From: Tubulanus polymorphus
Taxonomy: Eukaryota > Animalia > Nemertea
Length of the DNA stretch: 64,000 nucleotides
NCBI RefSeq assembly: GCF_964204645.1
Contig: NC_134031.1
Coordinates: 13,503,807-13,567,806, forward strand
Reading direction: 5' to 3'
Each line of letters begins with the position of its first letter. Positions within the stretch are counted from its first letter, which is position 1. A model generated the notes under the pieces. It worked only from the letters and a program-made list of their open reading frames with translations, did no database searches and was not told the DNA's origin. The position numbers were made by a program, and so were the translations under genes. Below, piece by piece: positions 26,221-38,157 of the stretch.

Positions 26221-27039
26221 TTATTTGAGTGTTAGATAATCAATTTCTGAATCACTTTCACTATCGTACTCCATCAATTTTCTCAAATTCTCTACCGTAT
26301 CTTCTTCTAATTCTTCATTATTTTTATACTTATTCTTCGTCTTTTTTACCGCATCATCAATAGTTGTTTCATTGTTATGCTTACTCATCCTTTCTATCAC
26401 ATCATCAATAGTTTCTTCTTTATGTTTCATAGAATCTTTATTAGTGTTTGCTCCTAATATTTCATTTACAGTGTTTGATCCTAATATTTCATTAGCATCG
26501 GTTAAATCTAATTCATCTTTATTAGGTGTTGCTAATAATAAATCTTCATATATTTTTTCACCATTTACTTTTTTATTTGAAACAAATTTTGTAACATATC
26601 TAAATGGGTGTTCTATAAATTCTCTTAAACCAACACGTTCTATAACATTAGTAATATGTGAATTTGTATTCATATGTTTATTCCAATTTGATGGAGCGTT
26701 TGAAAATTCACCTTTACAATAATCACAATAATTTCTATTTTTACTAACATTTAATATTATTTCATTATTAGATGTAGAAGGTATTACATTATTAGAAGTA
26801 GTAGGTATTACTGTAGTAGGTATAACTGTAGTAGGTATTACATTATTATCAATTACATTACTTAAATTATCAACAACTTCACTTTTATTATTATCGATTT
26901 CTATTAGTTTAGTTTTATAAATTTTGAAAATAGGATCAAATATCAAAGCTATATTACAAGGTATTACATAATATAAACCATCATTATTTTCATGTGTATC
27001 GATGTATGGAATATGTTTATATACTTTACCTCCTTCCAT
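26221..27039 (-). CDS. Hypothetical protein with C2H2-like zinc finger and acidic tail
   Basis: YCDYCKGEFSNAPSNWNKHMNTNSH; VIPTT repeats; TAAATG start. Confidence 0.75.
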   Translation of the reverse strand: MEGGKVYKHIPYIDTHENNDGLYYVIPCNIALIFDPIFKIYKTKLIEIDNNKSEVVDNLSNVIDNNVIPTTVIPTTVIPTTSNNVIPSTSNNEIILNVSKNRNYCDYCKGEFSNAPSNWNKHMNTNSHITNVIERVGLREFIEHPFRYVTKFVSNKKVNGEKIYEDLLLATPNKDELDLTDANEILGSNTVNEILGANTNKDSMKHKEETIDDVIERMSKHNNETTIDDAVKKTKNKYKNNEELEEDTVENLRKLMEYDSESDSEIDYLTLK

Positions 27040-27071
27040 TTATTATATATATTTTTATTAAAGTTAAAATT

Positions 27072-28250
27072 TTAATACATAACACTATCTAATTGAGAAT
27101 TTACAATATTTATTGTATTCCATCTTTAGTGTTTTGTTGTTTTTTTCCAGAACCATGTAATGAATTATCCTCTGTTGTTCTAAAATCTAACCATAATGCA
27201 TATTTATTACCGGTATAATAATCAATTTGATTAATGTTACAATTTTCAGATGATTTTACTTTTTCATTCATAAAATGTTTTCTAATTTCTGGCCATTGAT
27301 CTATCATTCTCATTCCTTGACAAAATATTTTATTTGCTATTCCTTCGATAGTTATTTCTACTTTTGTTATTTCAGGATTATAATAATTATCAACATTTAT
27401 TGCACCATTAGTATATGTTGCAATGGTAAAAAAATATTAATATACCTTTAATAGATCTTCTTGGGAAGTTAATATTCTCATTAATTATTTCATCATTTGC
27501 ATTAATAGTTACGGTTTTAAATTTATCAATATAATCATATAATAATGAAAATCCTTGATTGTATTTAGTTTGAATTATACTTGAAATATTTTCATCAGTT
27601 ACTGTATCATATTCTAAACATATATTCGATAATTTATAACTCATATCTTTATTAACGCTAGATAATACAATTTCATTTACTGGAGCAAATGTTATCTCAA
27701 ATATAATATCTTCTTGAATTGCGTATTTATATAAAGGTGCATTATTATTTATCAATTCAAAGTCTAATGGAATTTTATATTTGCTTCCATATATACTTTT
27801 TATCAATTTATCTACAGCATTAGTTAATATTGCGCTATTAGCTTCTGATCTTAATTTATTTTGGTTTTCTGATTGGATGCCTTGAAATATCATATTATTT
27901 CTATTTTCTTTAGTTAACCATAAATCTTTATAATGCATAAATAAATTATAATCATCTAATGAGAAAACTGTTTCTGGACCAATCTTTATTGTTAACTTTT
28001 TAATCAAATATCTTCCAACATTATCAACAACATAATTATTATTATTACCGATTACTTATATATCGGCTGATAAATAAATACTATTTGGAACATAAAAAGT
28101 ATTTTGTGTTAATCTAGGAATTCTAACATATAAAGTTTCATCGGGATTAATATTAGAAGGGTTATGAGTAATTATATGATGTGATCTTTCTGCTTTAATA
28201 GCATTAGATATTCTATGATTCTTCGAAGGATTGATATAACTCCCACTCAT
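27072..28250 (-). pseudogene. Major capsid protein (putative double jelly-roll), frameshifted with a C-terminal deletion
   Basis: Fragments 28056-28250, 27408-28007 and 27110-27313; motifs IITHNPSNI..LYVRIP, LSNICLEYD, KYALWLDFRT...LHGSG recalled from invertebrate Polinton MCPs; size ~400 aa. Confidence 0.75.
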
Positions 28251-28315
28251 TTATTTAACAAAAAATTAATTATTTATTTTTAATCATGGTTACTTGATAT
28301 TTTTTGATATCATGT

Positions 28316-30042
28316 TTACTTGATATCTTTTGATATCATATTCACTAATCCAAAAATAATAGCACATACAACTGTAATTAAAAATAAAATAATATGTTCA
28401 GCAGCAAAGTTAATAATGTTTCCTGCAGATTTCAATATAAAACCAACAATTGATGCAATAACTCCAGGTAAAGCTGCAGCAGATTTTTTAGATAGTTCCC
28501 ATAAATATTTTGCTAATTTCTTTAAACCATCTTTAACTTTATCTTGTATAGAATTATTACCTGGGGGTTTATCCGGTTTATTGGGAGTGGGAGTAGGAGT
28601 AGATTTCAAAGCATTTGATATAGCTAAACCAATTGTTGTAAATAACATAGTTACGGCTGTTAGAATTGAAAGAATTGTTATTCCTTCTAACTTAAATAAT
28701 AATCTTATTCTGTCTTAATGATATTTCAGAATTTGGTTTTATCAACAAATCTTTAAAAATAACTTTTAATTTTTTAATATGATTAAGATCACATGATTTT
28801 AATAATATATCTCTTTCTTCTTTTTGTAATTTTATGTTATATTCTAAATCATCTATTTCTTTTACTAAAGCTAACTTTCTGCTTTCATAATCAGCTTCAT
28901 AAATTACATTTAAGATCTCTATTTAATTCTAATTGTTTTAATTCTTCATCTGCATTAGTTAATTCTTTTTCTAACATGGTTATTTTAGAAAATCTCATCT
29001 TAATATTAGCAATTTCATCAGCTGATACTTGTATACCTTTAATTTCTCTACGTGCTTGTTCAGGAAATGCTTCTAATTCTTCATCAGTTAAATTAAGAAA
29101 TCCTTTTTCTAGTAAATATTGCTGTCGATTTATTCCAGTTTCAGAACCAGATGTATCTGATATACTATTCATCAGTTCTTATGAATCTCTTAATCTATCA
29201 ATTTGTTTTTCTAATTGTAATTGACTTGAATAATTATCAATTTGTTGAGTGTCTCTTCTCGATGTTTCGAGTGTTGAAAATCTTAATCTATCTAATCGAT
29301 GTGCAAAATCTTCATACTCTTCCATTTCTGGATCAACATAAGTAGGATTTGAATTTGGATTTTTAAATGGTGAATATTTGTTTATATCAATTTTAGGAAT
29401 TGGTTCTTCTTCATTTATTCTATCGACTGCATTCCATATAATTCTGAGAAATTCTCTACCACCTTTTGAACCTTCAATTGTAGTTCTTGCTCGCATTCCA
29501 GGTTCATAAATATTTTCTTGATCCACTTTAGATAATTGAATTGATACAGTATTCCTATTTAATTCAAGATTATAATACCATGAATCATCTTTAAATTCTA
29601 AATTATTCGTGAAATGTGGGTCATCTTTAAAAATTTGTTCTACAACATCTTCTGAACCAATTTCATCTATTACAACTTTTGGTAATAATTCGTTAACAAT
29701 TGTATCTGTTACTCTAGATTTCATTTTATATAATTCCAAATGTTCATCAGGATATTTTTTTTGTTGTTCTACTAATAGTTTCATAAATCCTTCTCTTTCT
29801 CTTCTAGTTGAAATTCTACCACTTTCAGGAGCTTTAAAATATTTATATAATTTTTCACGTAATTCGGAATCATCATCATCATCATCATAATCATCATCAT
29901 AATCATCTTCACCTAAATTAGTATTATATTCTGGCTCATTATCATCATTAAAACTTGTTTCACTAAAATCAGGTGGTTGTTCATCACTTATTCCAGGTTC
30001 ATCTAAAGGATCCATTGGAATATCTTCTCCACCTTCTGCCAA
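28316..30042 (-). pseudogene. Long acidic/coiled-coil protein with C-terminal amphipathic and TM helices, in several frameshifted pieces
   Basis: ORFs 29179-30042, 28897-29172 and 28316-28648 are collinear; C-terminus KSAAALPGVIASIVGFILK...IILFLITVVCAIIFGLV. Confidence 0.7.
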
Positions 30043-30058
30043 TCACATAATACAAAAA

Positions 30059-31444
30059 TTAAAATTTAAAATATAATATTCCTCCGATTACAATTCCTAT
30101 ACAAGTTATAGCTAATTTAGTATTTTCATGGGATTTATTATCATCATTTAGTTTAATTATATCATGTTGAATAATATCAGTTTTTATATCTTCTGATGTA
30201 TTGTAATCTTTTATTTTAGAATCATTATTTAATTTAATATTCTTAGTTTTAGTTTCAGTTGATTGAATGTGTTTTTTATTTTTTTCACCTTCCATTAATT
30301 TTGGAGCAGTAATAATCTTTTTATTTATATCATTTACTCCAAATGAATTATTTATTGTTGCAGTTTTAATTAGATTATTATAACCAATTATGTTTCCCAT
30401 CTTTAATACTAAATCATTAGAAATAATTAATAGATTAGGGCCTATACAATAATTAAGCCTTACATGAGATTTATCTAAATAATTTTGATATCTTATAATG
30501 TTTTTGAATCGATCTATTTTTATCATTATGAATTGAATCTTCAAATAATACTTTGAATTGTTTTTGTGTATCGAATGATGTATTCAAATTTCCAATTATT
30601 GGTGATCTTGTTTCAACTTGCGCACCTAAAATACATATCAAATAAGTTCAATAGATTGATTTATTCTTTGTATTCCTGATTTAGTAAAACCTTCACTATT
30701 TTCTAAAATAAAATAAACCCAACCATTATTGTTTTCTTGTTTTAAATTATCATAAAATTTCGGTAATTTATTGAAATTTAATGTTTCTAAATCCTTTGTT
30801 TCTATTTTACCATAACCTAATTTATTATTATAGATATTATAAAAACTATTAGATGGTATGGGGAGTGCACAATATTCTGCAATCTTTTTAGGGCAAGGAA
30901 GTGATCTTATTGTTCCAATTTTTGTTCTAAAGTCAGAATTATTTATATCTATATTAAATTCATTGCAAATTTTATAAAACTTAGATAAATTGATATTATT
31001 ATCTAATTCTTTAAAATATCTAGATCCTGGTAAAGCGCACTCTAATTCATTTAATATTATTCTGATTTGAAAGTATGTATGAAATCTAAATAAACTTTGA
31101 ATTAATTTATATTTAGAATTATTCAAATGATCATTCCAACTAATTCCACATCCTGTTGTTGCACAATAAACAGCAAAATTTAATTGGTTCTGCCAATACT
31201 TCATATTAGATTTTAATAACCATTGTTTTTCATCTTTCAATTTTTTAAAATTAATTAAATATACATGAAATATATTTTCCATCTTTGCATTAAAAATATT
31301 AGTTTCAGTAACATAAATTTCTAAATTAGTTAATGAATCTAAAACTTCATTTCTATATGTAATATCTTTATTAAAATCTATTGCTGGAATATTATATTTA
31401 ATTGATTTATTATATTGGAAAGCTTTTGGAAAACTATCTACCAT
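30059..31444 (-). pseudogene. Conserved Polinton protein with C-terminal TM anchor, frameshifted
   Basis: ORFs 30638-31444 (WQNQLNFAVYCATTGCGIS...FHTYFQIR...RINQSI) and 30059-30544 (ending LAITCIGIVIGGILYFKF) are linked by a VLGAQVETRSPII-encoding segment. Confidence 0.7.
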
Positions 31445-31460
31445 TTATATAATTAAAAAA

Positions 31461-31895
31461 TTAATAATTTATTAATTCTTTTAATAATTTATCTTGTTCT
31501 TCAACTGTTATATGACCATTTAAACTTATTATATAATCTAGTGTATTCTTTAATTTATTAATTTCTTTAATATTAGTTTTAATTTTTTCTTTATTACTTT
31601 TTATATTCAATTTTGAACTTATACCGGTTAAAACACTTGAACTTAATCCTAACACACCAATTGATATAGCTAAAGGTGTTAATGGGCTGAATATTGCTAG
31701 AAATGTTATTACAGAACTAATTGTAACCGAACCACTTATAATAAAATAATATATAATTTTACTTTTTAGATATTTTTTCTTTTTAACTTTTAAGTCACTT
31801 TCAAATTCTAATATTTGTTTTTCTAAATATATTTTTAATTTAGTTTTATTTATATCATGAGGAATAATATCAATATTATCAACTTTATCTTCCAT
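31461..31895 (-). CDS. Two-TM membrane protein
   Basis: Two hydrophobic segments flanked by Lys-rich coils; TAAATG start. Confidence 0.75.
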   Translation of the reverse strand: MEDKVDNIDIIPHDINKTKLKIYLEKQILEFESDLKVKKKKYLKSKIIYYFIISGSVTISSVITFLAIFSPLTPLAISIGVLGLSSSVLTGISSKLNIKSNKEKIKTNIKEINKLKNTLDYIISLNGHITVEEQDKLLKELINY

Positions 31896-31917
31896 TTATT
31901 TAACAAAAAAAAAATTA

Positions 31918-32340
31918 CTAATAAGTAAATCTATAAGCAACAAATATAACAATAACAGATCCACCTAAAATCCAAATTATTTCATATTTCTGTTGTTCTT
32001 TACTCGGGGTATAATAATCTGATAATTTAGGTTTGTATAGATGTAATTTTTCTTTATTGGTTACCGCGTTATATAAACTCATTGCATCATCAACTGATTG
32101 AAAATCTCTATGTGAAATCTTCTGATCATATAATTCTTTATTGATGTAATCCATATAGTTTTGTCTCTTTTCTCTATATTCTTCTGCAGCTTTATTGTAT
32201 TTCTCTAACGCTAAGTTATGTCTTCTTTGTTCTCCTAATGAACTATTTTTATCAATATGTTTAAATAAATAACCACCACCAGTAAATGCCAAAGCGTTAA
32301 CAATTGCCGATCCTATAATAGTTATAATTGCAGAAGCCAT
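31918..32340 (-). CDS. Conserved Polinton membrane-associated protein
   Basis: MASAIITIIGSAIVNALAFTGGGYLF...RRHNLALEKY; C-terminal TM. Confidence 0.78.
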   Translation of the reverse strand: MASAIITIIGSAIVNALAFTGGGYLFKHIDKNSSLGEQRRHNLALEKYNKAAEEYREKRQNYMDYINKELYDQKISHRDFQSVDDAMSLYNAVTNKEKLHLYKPKLSDYYTPSKEQQKYEIIWILGGSVIVIFVAYRFTY

Positions 32341-32364
32341 TTATTTAACAAAAAAATTATGTAT

Positions 32365-32586
32365 TTATATGGGAGGAATATATTTTTGTTTTTCCAAATA
32401 ATCAATAGTTAAATTAGATAAAGTAACTGCTAATGTTAATTTTAAAATATCATTTATATCAAATCTATCAACATTAACACTTCCCATTTTAAATACTTTT
32501 TTTAATACCATTGAATAACCAACAGTTCCAACTGATAGTAATGCGCCATTATATAATCCAGTTATTATCCACTTATTATCACTCAT
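32365..32586 (-). CDS. Small hydrophobic protein
   Basis: 73 aa with two hydrophobic stretches; TAAATG start overlaps the upstream stop. Confidence 0.7.
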   Translation of the reverse strand: MSDNKWIITGLYNGALLSVGTVGYSMVLKKVFKMGSVNVDRFDINDILKLTLAVTLSNLTIDYLEKQKYIPPI

Positions 32587-32943
32587 TTATTTATCAAAAA
32601 AATTACTATCATCAAAATATTTAGTTATCTTATTTGTGATTAATTCAACATTTATTTCATTACTAGTTTCATTTGTATATATTTCAATTATTATTTTTTT
32701 AATATCTTCGATGATAAAATCTTCATCTAATTCATAAAATCTTAAAGATTCTCTAATTAAATTAGTAATCTTTTCTACATTTAAAGTTTCTTTATCTATT
32801 GTTGTTTCATATCCAAATGTTGTTTCATTAGAAAATGCAATATTTTTAATATGTGTAATTACATCATTAATGTTAAATTCCATTTCTTTCTCATGTTTAA
32901 AATCAAACCCAAAACATATACTCGGTCCAACAGTTATATTCAT
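32587..32943 (-). CDS. Hypothetical acidic protein
   Basis: 118-aa ORF in the packed gene array; TAAATG start. Confidence 0.65.
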   Translation of the reverse strand: MNITVGPSICFGFDFKHEKEMEFNINDVITHIKNIAFSNETTFGYETTIDKETLNVEKITNLIRESLRFYELDEDFIIEDIKKIIIEIYTNETSNEINVELITNKITKYFDDSNFFDK

Positions 32944-32959
32944 TTATATATCAAAAAAA

Positions 32960-33715
32960 TTACTCTCTACATCTTATAACTAATTCATATATCACAGGAA
33001 AGTTATTTAAATCAATTAAGTATCCATTATGATTTCTTATTTCTAATTTAAAATTATTAAATTTAGGAATGCAAGGTTTAAAATCACATTCTGTTAAATT
33101 ATAATTTATTTGAGTTCCAAATTGTTTAACATTTTTTAGCGGTAAAATATTTAGTATACTAGAACTACAAATTGTTTCTTTAGTTGCTTCGAAAGTTTTC
33201 GTAGGCTCGATTAAATTGCAATAAATATAAAAGTGCGTAAAAGGTATTATATTTGAGCTGCCTTCTGCGTTTCCAGTAACTGTAAGTGGTTTAATTCCTA
33301 ACATTTTAGCCAGTGGTTTGTTTACCATAAATTTATGTTGTTCATTAGATATCTTTATTCTTATTTTATTAGTACTATCAATTTTATTAAATTTAATTTC
33401 AAATACAGAAGTGCCCCCGATTTTCAACCGAGCTCTTCTATTAATTTCCTGCGCTAATGATTCTAAATTATATAATCCTGGTTTTAAAAATATATGAAAC
33501 CATTTATCTTTATTTCTCATATAAATCATAAACCCTCTATGTTCAAAAGTTTTATCCGATACATTGTAAAAAGAATTACATAAACTTATATTAACTAATT
33601 TTAAATCTACACAATTCTTGAATTCTCTATCTAATTGTACTAGTAAATCATGAGATTTATAATTTGTAAGCCTTCTAGAATCAACAAATATTCTGTATTC
33701 TTTTAATTCCGCCAT
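32960..33715 (-). CDS. Minor capsid protein (penton, single jelly-roll)
   Basis: IFVDSR N-terminus, PGLYNLESL, FYIYCNLI, SILNILPL, KLEIRNHNGYLIDLNN.PVIYELVI: typical Polinton/virophage penton pattern. Confidence 0.8.
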   Translation of the reverse strand: MAELKEYRIFVDSRRLTNYKSHDLLVQLDREFKNCVDLKLVNISLCNSFYNVSDKTFEHRGFMIYMRNKDKWFHIFLKPGLYNLESLAQEINRRARLKIGGTSVFEIKFNKIDSTNKIRIKISNEQHKFMVNKPLAKMLGIKPLTVTGNAEGSSNIIPFTHFYIYCNLIEPTKTFEATKETICSSSILNILPLKNVKQFGTQINYNLTECDFKPCIPKFNNFKLEIRNHNGYLIDLNNFPVIYELVIRCRE

Positions 33716-33732
33716 TTATTTTACATATTTTC

Positions 33733-34086
33733 TTATTCGAAATCTATTTCATGGTGCCCCTTTTCATTCTTACCTTTGTATACGAAATAGAAATCTCCAG
33801 AACATAATTCTTCTAAATCTTCACTTGATAATCTATGAAATCTATCCGGTAAATATGTTCTGAATTTATGTGTATTTCCTTTTAATCCTTCATATTCTAA
33901 GTGTATAACTAATTTATCTCCATAGTTATTAGTAACTGTAACAATATTTGTAATTAGATATTTCTTATGGATTGTTAATTCTGTTAACTTTTTGAATTTA
34001 TATTCTACAGATTTTACATTTGTTATATCTTTTATTCTATCTAGAAATAATTTGTTGTTCTCACTGTGTGCTAGTTTACTCTCCAT
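33733..34086 (-). CDS. Small protein downstream of pPolB, possibly an OB-fold ssDNA-binding protein
   Basis: 117 aa, T..YGDK...YLPDRF...YKGKNEKGHH; homolog at 49444-49762; function inferred only. Confidence 0.65.
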   Translation of the reverse strand: MESKLAHSENNKLFLDRIKDITNVKSVEYKFKKLTELTIHKKYLITNIVTVTNNYGDKLVIHLEYEGLKGNTHKFRTYLPDRFHRLSSEDLEELCSGDFYFVYKGKNEKGHHEIDFE

Positions 34087-34115
34087 TTTAATAACATATT
34101 TTTATTAGAATTTGA

Positions 34116-37100
34116 TTAACACGTTAGAATTCTTTTCATTATCTCGTTCTCTTTTGTTTCTTCTCTTTTAAATTTTAAGTATTCATCTAAATTACAACCA
34201 TAAGCAACTGTATGAATTCCATCATCTAATATATATCGTTTATCATCAAATGGGTTTAGACTTATCTTTTCAATTTCTTCAATAAACATTTCATGATCTT
34301 CAGATCTTAAACATCTCATCTTATGTTTTCTAACTTCTTCATTGAATATACAATTGATGTAATCTTTGAAATGAATATTCTTTTCTACTACACTTTTGGT
34401 TATTCCTTTTAACTTTTTAGCTTCATGTTCTTTAGTTTTATATGAATACATTTTAGATCGAATACCTATGAATTCAATCATTTCTTCACCACCTAATTCA
34501 TCTTTGAATTTACCGGGAACTTTTTTATTATCATTGCTAAACAAGTCATGATCTTTAGGATAATTACTAAAATCAAAATGATGTTTTAATGTTTTTAAAT
34601 CATCAGTTATGTTATCAGTTTTTATCTTTAATATGTAACTGTCGGTATCAAAATATAGAATTTCTATATGCTTTTCTCCAAAAAGTGGTTGTAATACATT
34701 ATAATAGAATTCATACATTAGTAATTTTGATAATTCTAAAACTGATGCGCCAACATAGATTGGTTTATTAAATTTCATAGAAGTTCTTCTCATCTTAACT
34801 GCAGCTAAATTTTCATCAAATATTCTGTTACCAATGAACTTAGGATATGTTTGTAAATGTCTAATTCTTTTACCATTACTAACTAACTCAATATCATTTC
34901 TATTTCTAATATTTTCACAAGTCTTACCATAGAATGCATTATTCATTAACTTGAAGAAATCTTTCTCGAAATCAGTTTTAGCTTTAGTTCTCTGTTTGGT
35001 GTTAAAATCTATATATTTTTCTAACCACTTAGATTGATTGAATGAAATATATCTACTATCTATGTACTTTTTTTAGAATCATTCCTTGATTTAGATAAAA
35101 CTTTAACATTCTATAATGTACTACATAATTATATTTATCTTCTTGAGTTACCATTAACTTTTCTGTATGAATATGATTTTCGGGTTTAATTCTTTTTTGA
35201 TAATTTGATAATTCTTCATGAGTTACAGTTTTATGTTCGGGGCAGTAAGCTAGATTTCTAGATTTAAATTTAATATGTTCAGGATATTCTAAATCTACAA
35301 CAAAGAAGTAACCAGTATCTGAATCATCTGCAATATCTAGGATTCTTTTCTTCCAATCAAATTTATCATTATTTTCATTCTGTAAAACTTCAGTTAATTC
35401 AAATACTCCATAAGGTTGTGGTTCCATCATTGCCCAACCATACAAATTATTTGCATCTATATATAATAACTTATATCCAGGGTTATCATTTACATTGAAA
35501 TATCTATCACCTAATACACCTGAAACACCTCCTCTTATAGATTTTTCAAATAATAATAATTGATCTATATTTGTTAACAAATCCATTTTTATATCTGTAA
35601 ATTTTAATCCACAATCCCATGTTAATCCTGGTGATGAATAACAATGACAAGGATCAATATTGAAATATTTTAGGTTTACATCTCTAAACCTTTCGAATAT
35701 ATCCGATAATAATAATACATCTGATTTTAAATATAAATCTACTAATTGTCCATGATTTTCTATTTTGAAATGATTCCAAATATTCAATGTTCTATTATAG
35801 ACTTCATCTTTAACATATTAATTTTTTAATTCATCATAGAATTGTTCTTTCAATAATTCAGTTATTTTAAAATCATTATGTGATTTATAAAATGAATATG
35901 GAATTGCTCCTTTATATCTCATTAATTGAAAATCATCAATATTTGGGTAATGTTGCTTTAATATTTTTAATTCATCATCAACTAATGATTTTGATAAGTT
36001 ATCTAATGAACTATTTAAAAATCTATATGAATCTATAAATCTTAGGCAACCAAATTGGAATGATATATAATTCTCAGATGTTTTAGCTAACATTCTAAAT
36101 TTATAAGTTGGTATTTTATCTTTTGAACTATTTGAATTTAATATTTCTATTTCATTATTGATTTCTTCTATTTTATAGCATAACTGTTTGATGAATGAAT
36201 GTGCATCATATCCTGATAGATTATGAAATATAACTGGCACAAAGTTAATTTTCTTAGCTTGTAAGTTACAATTCTCATGTGCAGCGCCTCTAAACTTTCC
36301 ATTCAAATGATCATGGTCTCTTACTTTTTTATCTTTATAATTAAATATCTTTTCACAATAATAACATTTACCTGAAAACACAAATTCTTCTTTATCTTCT
36401 TCTGTCATTATAATTTCTATATTTGTATTCAATAATTTACTAAATCTTATTTCATATTCAATTAATAAGTCACAAAAAGGATTGATAACATTTTCATTTC
36501 TATAATTATAATATTCACTTTTGATTAGTTCTGGATAATCAGATTTAATATATAACCCGAAAGCAGCAGCTGATTGATGAATCTTTTTAATAGTATTTGT
36601 TTTTGGTGGTTCATCTGAAAAATCATTTTCATTAGAATTTAATTTCTTTCTTTTATAATATATTTCTTTTCTATCTTGATCAGTTAGTTCTTTATTTAAT
36701 GATTCAAAATCTCCATATATTACAAATGGTACTTTATTTTTGTAATCACATTTTTTGAATTCTAATATTTTATCCTTTTCATTTGGTAAAACTAATTTAC
36801 AATAATCATGATTTTCACATAATTGTTTATGATTTAATAATGTATTTTCATTACTGAATCTATGTAAACATTTTCTACATAGATATATTTTATTATGGTG
36901 ATCACTTTCTGTTCTAAAGAATAAATCGATTTGTTTAATCCACATATAATGATTCTCATAATATAGTATATCTATAACATCATTTGAATCATAATCTTTT
37001 GATAGATATAAAGGTTCTAATGTATAATGTTTTATGTTGTTACCTTTTGTATTTGGTAATTTGATTAAATCAAATACATTTATTCTTAAATTATTATCTC

Positions 37101-38157
37101 TTTCTATTTTTGGGATGTCTTTAATTATAACAGGATACTTATCTATCATATAATTATTTTTAAATGGTTTATAATGAGTTAATCTACTAATATTATAAGT
37201 TGCAGGATGTAAACAACTTATTATAGCCCATAGAAAACATTTATCATCTTCATTTTGTACATTTATTACAGCATTAGTTTTAAATGGTAGTTTAATATAA
37301 CTTGTTCCATTTATACTATCATCTTTATAATAAGATAAATTATTTTCATCTATTGGTTTCGATTTAGTTAACTTATTATATTTTGTGTTATAAACATGTA
37401 AAGTCATAAATATTATCTCATCAAATATTAAACCAGATCCTTCAAAATATTTCTCTTCTATTTTAGTTTTTACTTCATTATAACATTTATCTAATTTATC
37501 ATCTATATGTTGTTTAGATATAATATGTTGTGAATGAGAATTTATATTATATATTGGTTTATCTTCAGATTTTATAAACTTTACTTTAGAAGATATACTT
37601 ATTTTAGGATATTCAACATCAGTAATTATTTTTATTATTTCTTTCATATTTTCTAAATGTTTTTTATTTTCTTCTAATGTTTTTCCTTTATGAAATTTAA
37701 ACTCGATAGCTGCTGGACCAATATCACTTTTAAATGCTTCGGTTATCTCTATATCTTTTTTATTATCTAATGAATTAATATATTTTCTTACATCTTCCAT
37801 GTATGGTCTTTTATTGTTTAATTTATTTTTTATGCTTTTAATTGTCTTCTGTTTCTTATCATTATCTTTATCAAAATAATCTTCACCTAAAATATCATTA
37901 TTCTTATTTCTAATATGACTTATAGATTTTAAATGTTCTTTATAATATCTTTTATCACTGAATGATCGATTACATGTATCACATTTGTATGTTTCTTTTT
38001 CATTCTTTAATTCATCTAATTTAGTTTCTAATATATCATCTTTATATTCTAGTTTCAATTTATTCTCTAAATGTGTTTTAGTTTTATTGTGTCTTGCTTT
38101 TTGGGATTTATCTATATTGATATTACATGTTGGACAGTAGTACTTATTTGCTTCCAT
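34116..38157 (-). pseudogene. Protein-primed family B DNA polymerase with N-terminal zinc fingers and endonuclease-VII-like insert; one nonsense codon (35818) and one frameshift (~35055)
   Basis: YGDFES (ExoI), FHNLSGYD (ExoII), YIDANNLYGWAM (motif A), KLMNNAFYGKT (B), YFDTDS (C); VRDHDHLNGKFRGAAHENCN. Confidence 0.95.

Noticed and set aside
26372-29890. Plus-strand ORFs 26372, 28320, 28793, 29151 and 29609
   Set aside because: Antisense shadows of the minus-strand viral genes.
35040-35830. Programmed frameshift or readthrough in pPolB
   Set aside because: An in-frame TAA and a small duplication with no slippery site; many other genes are similarly broken, so decay is more likely.
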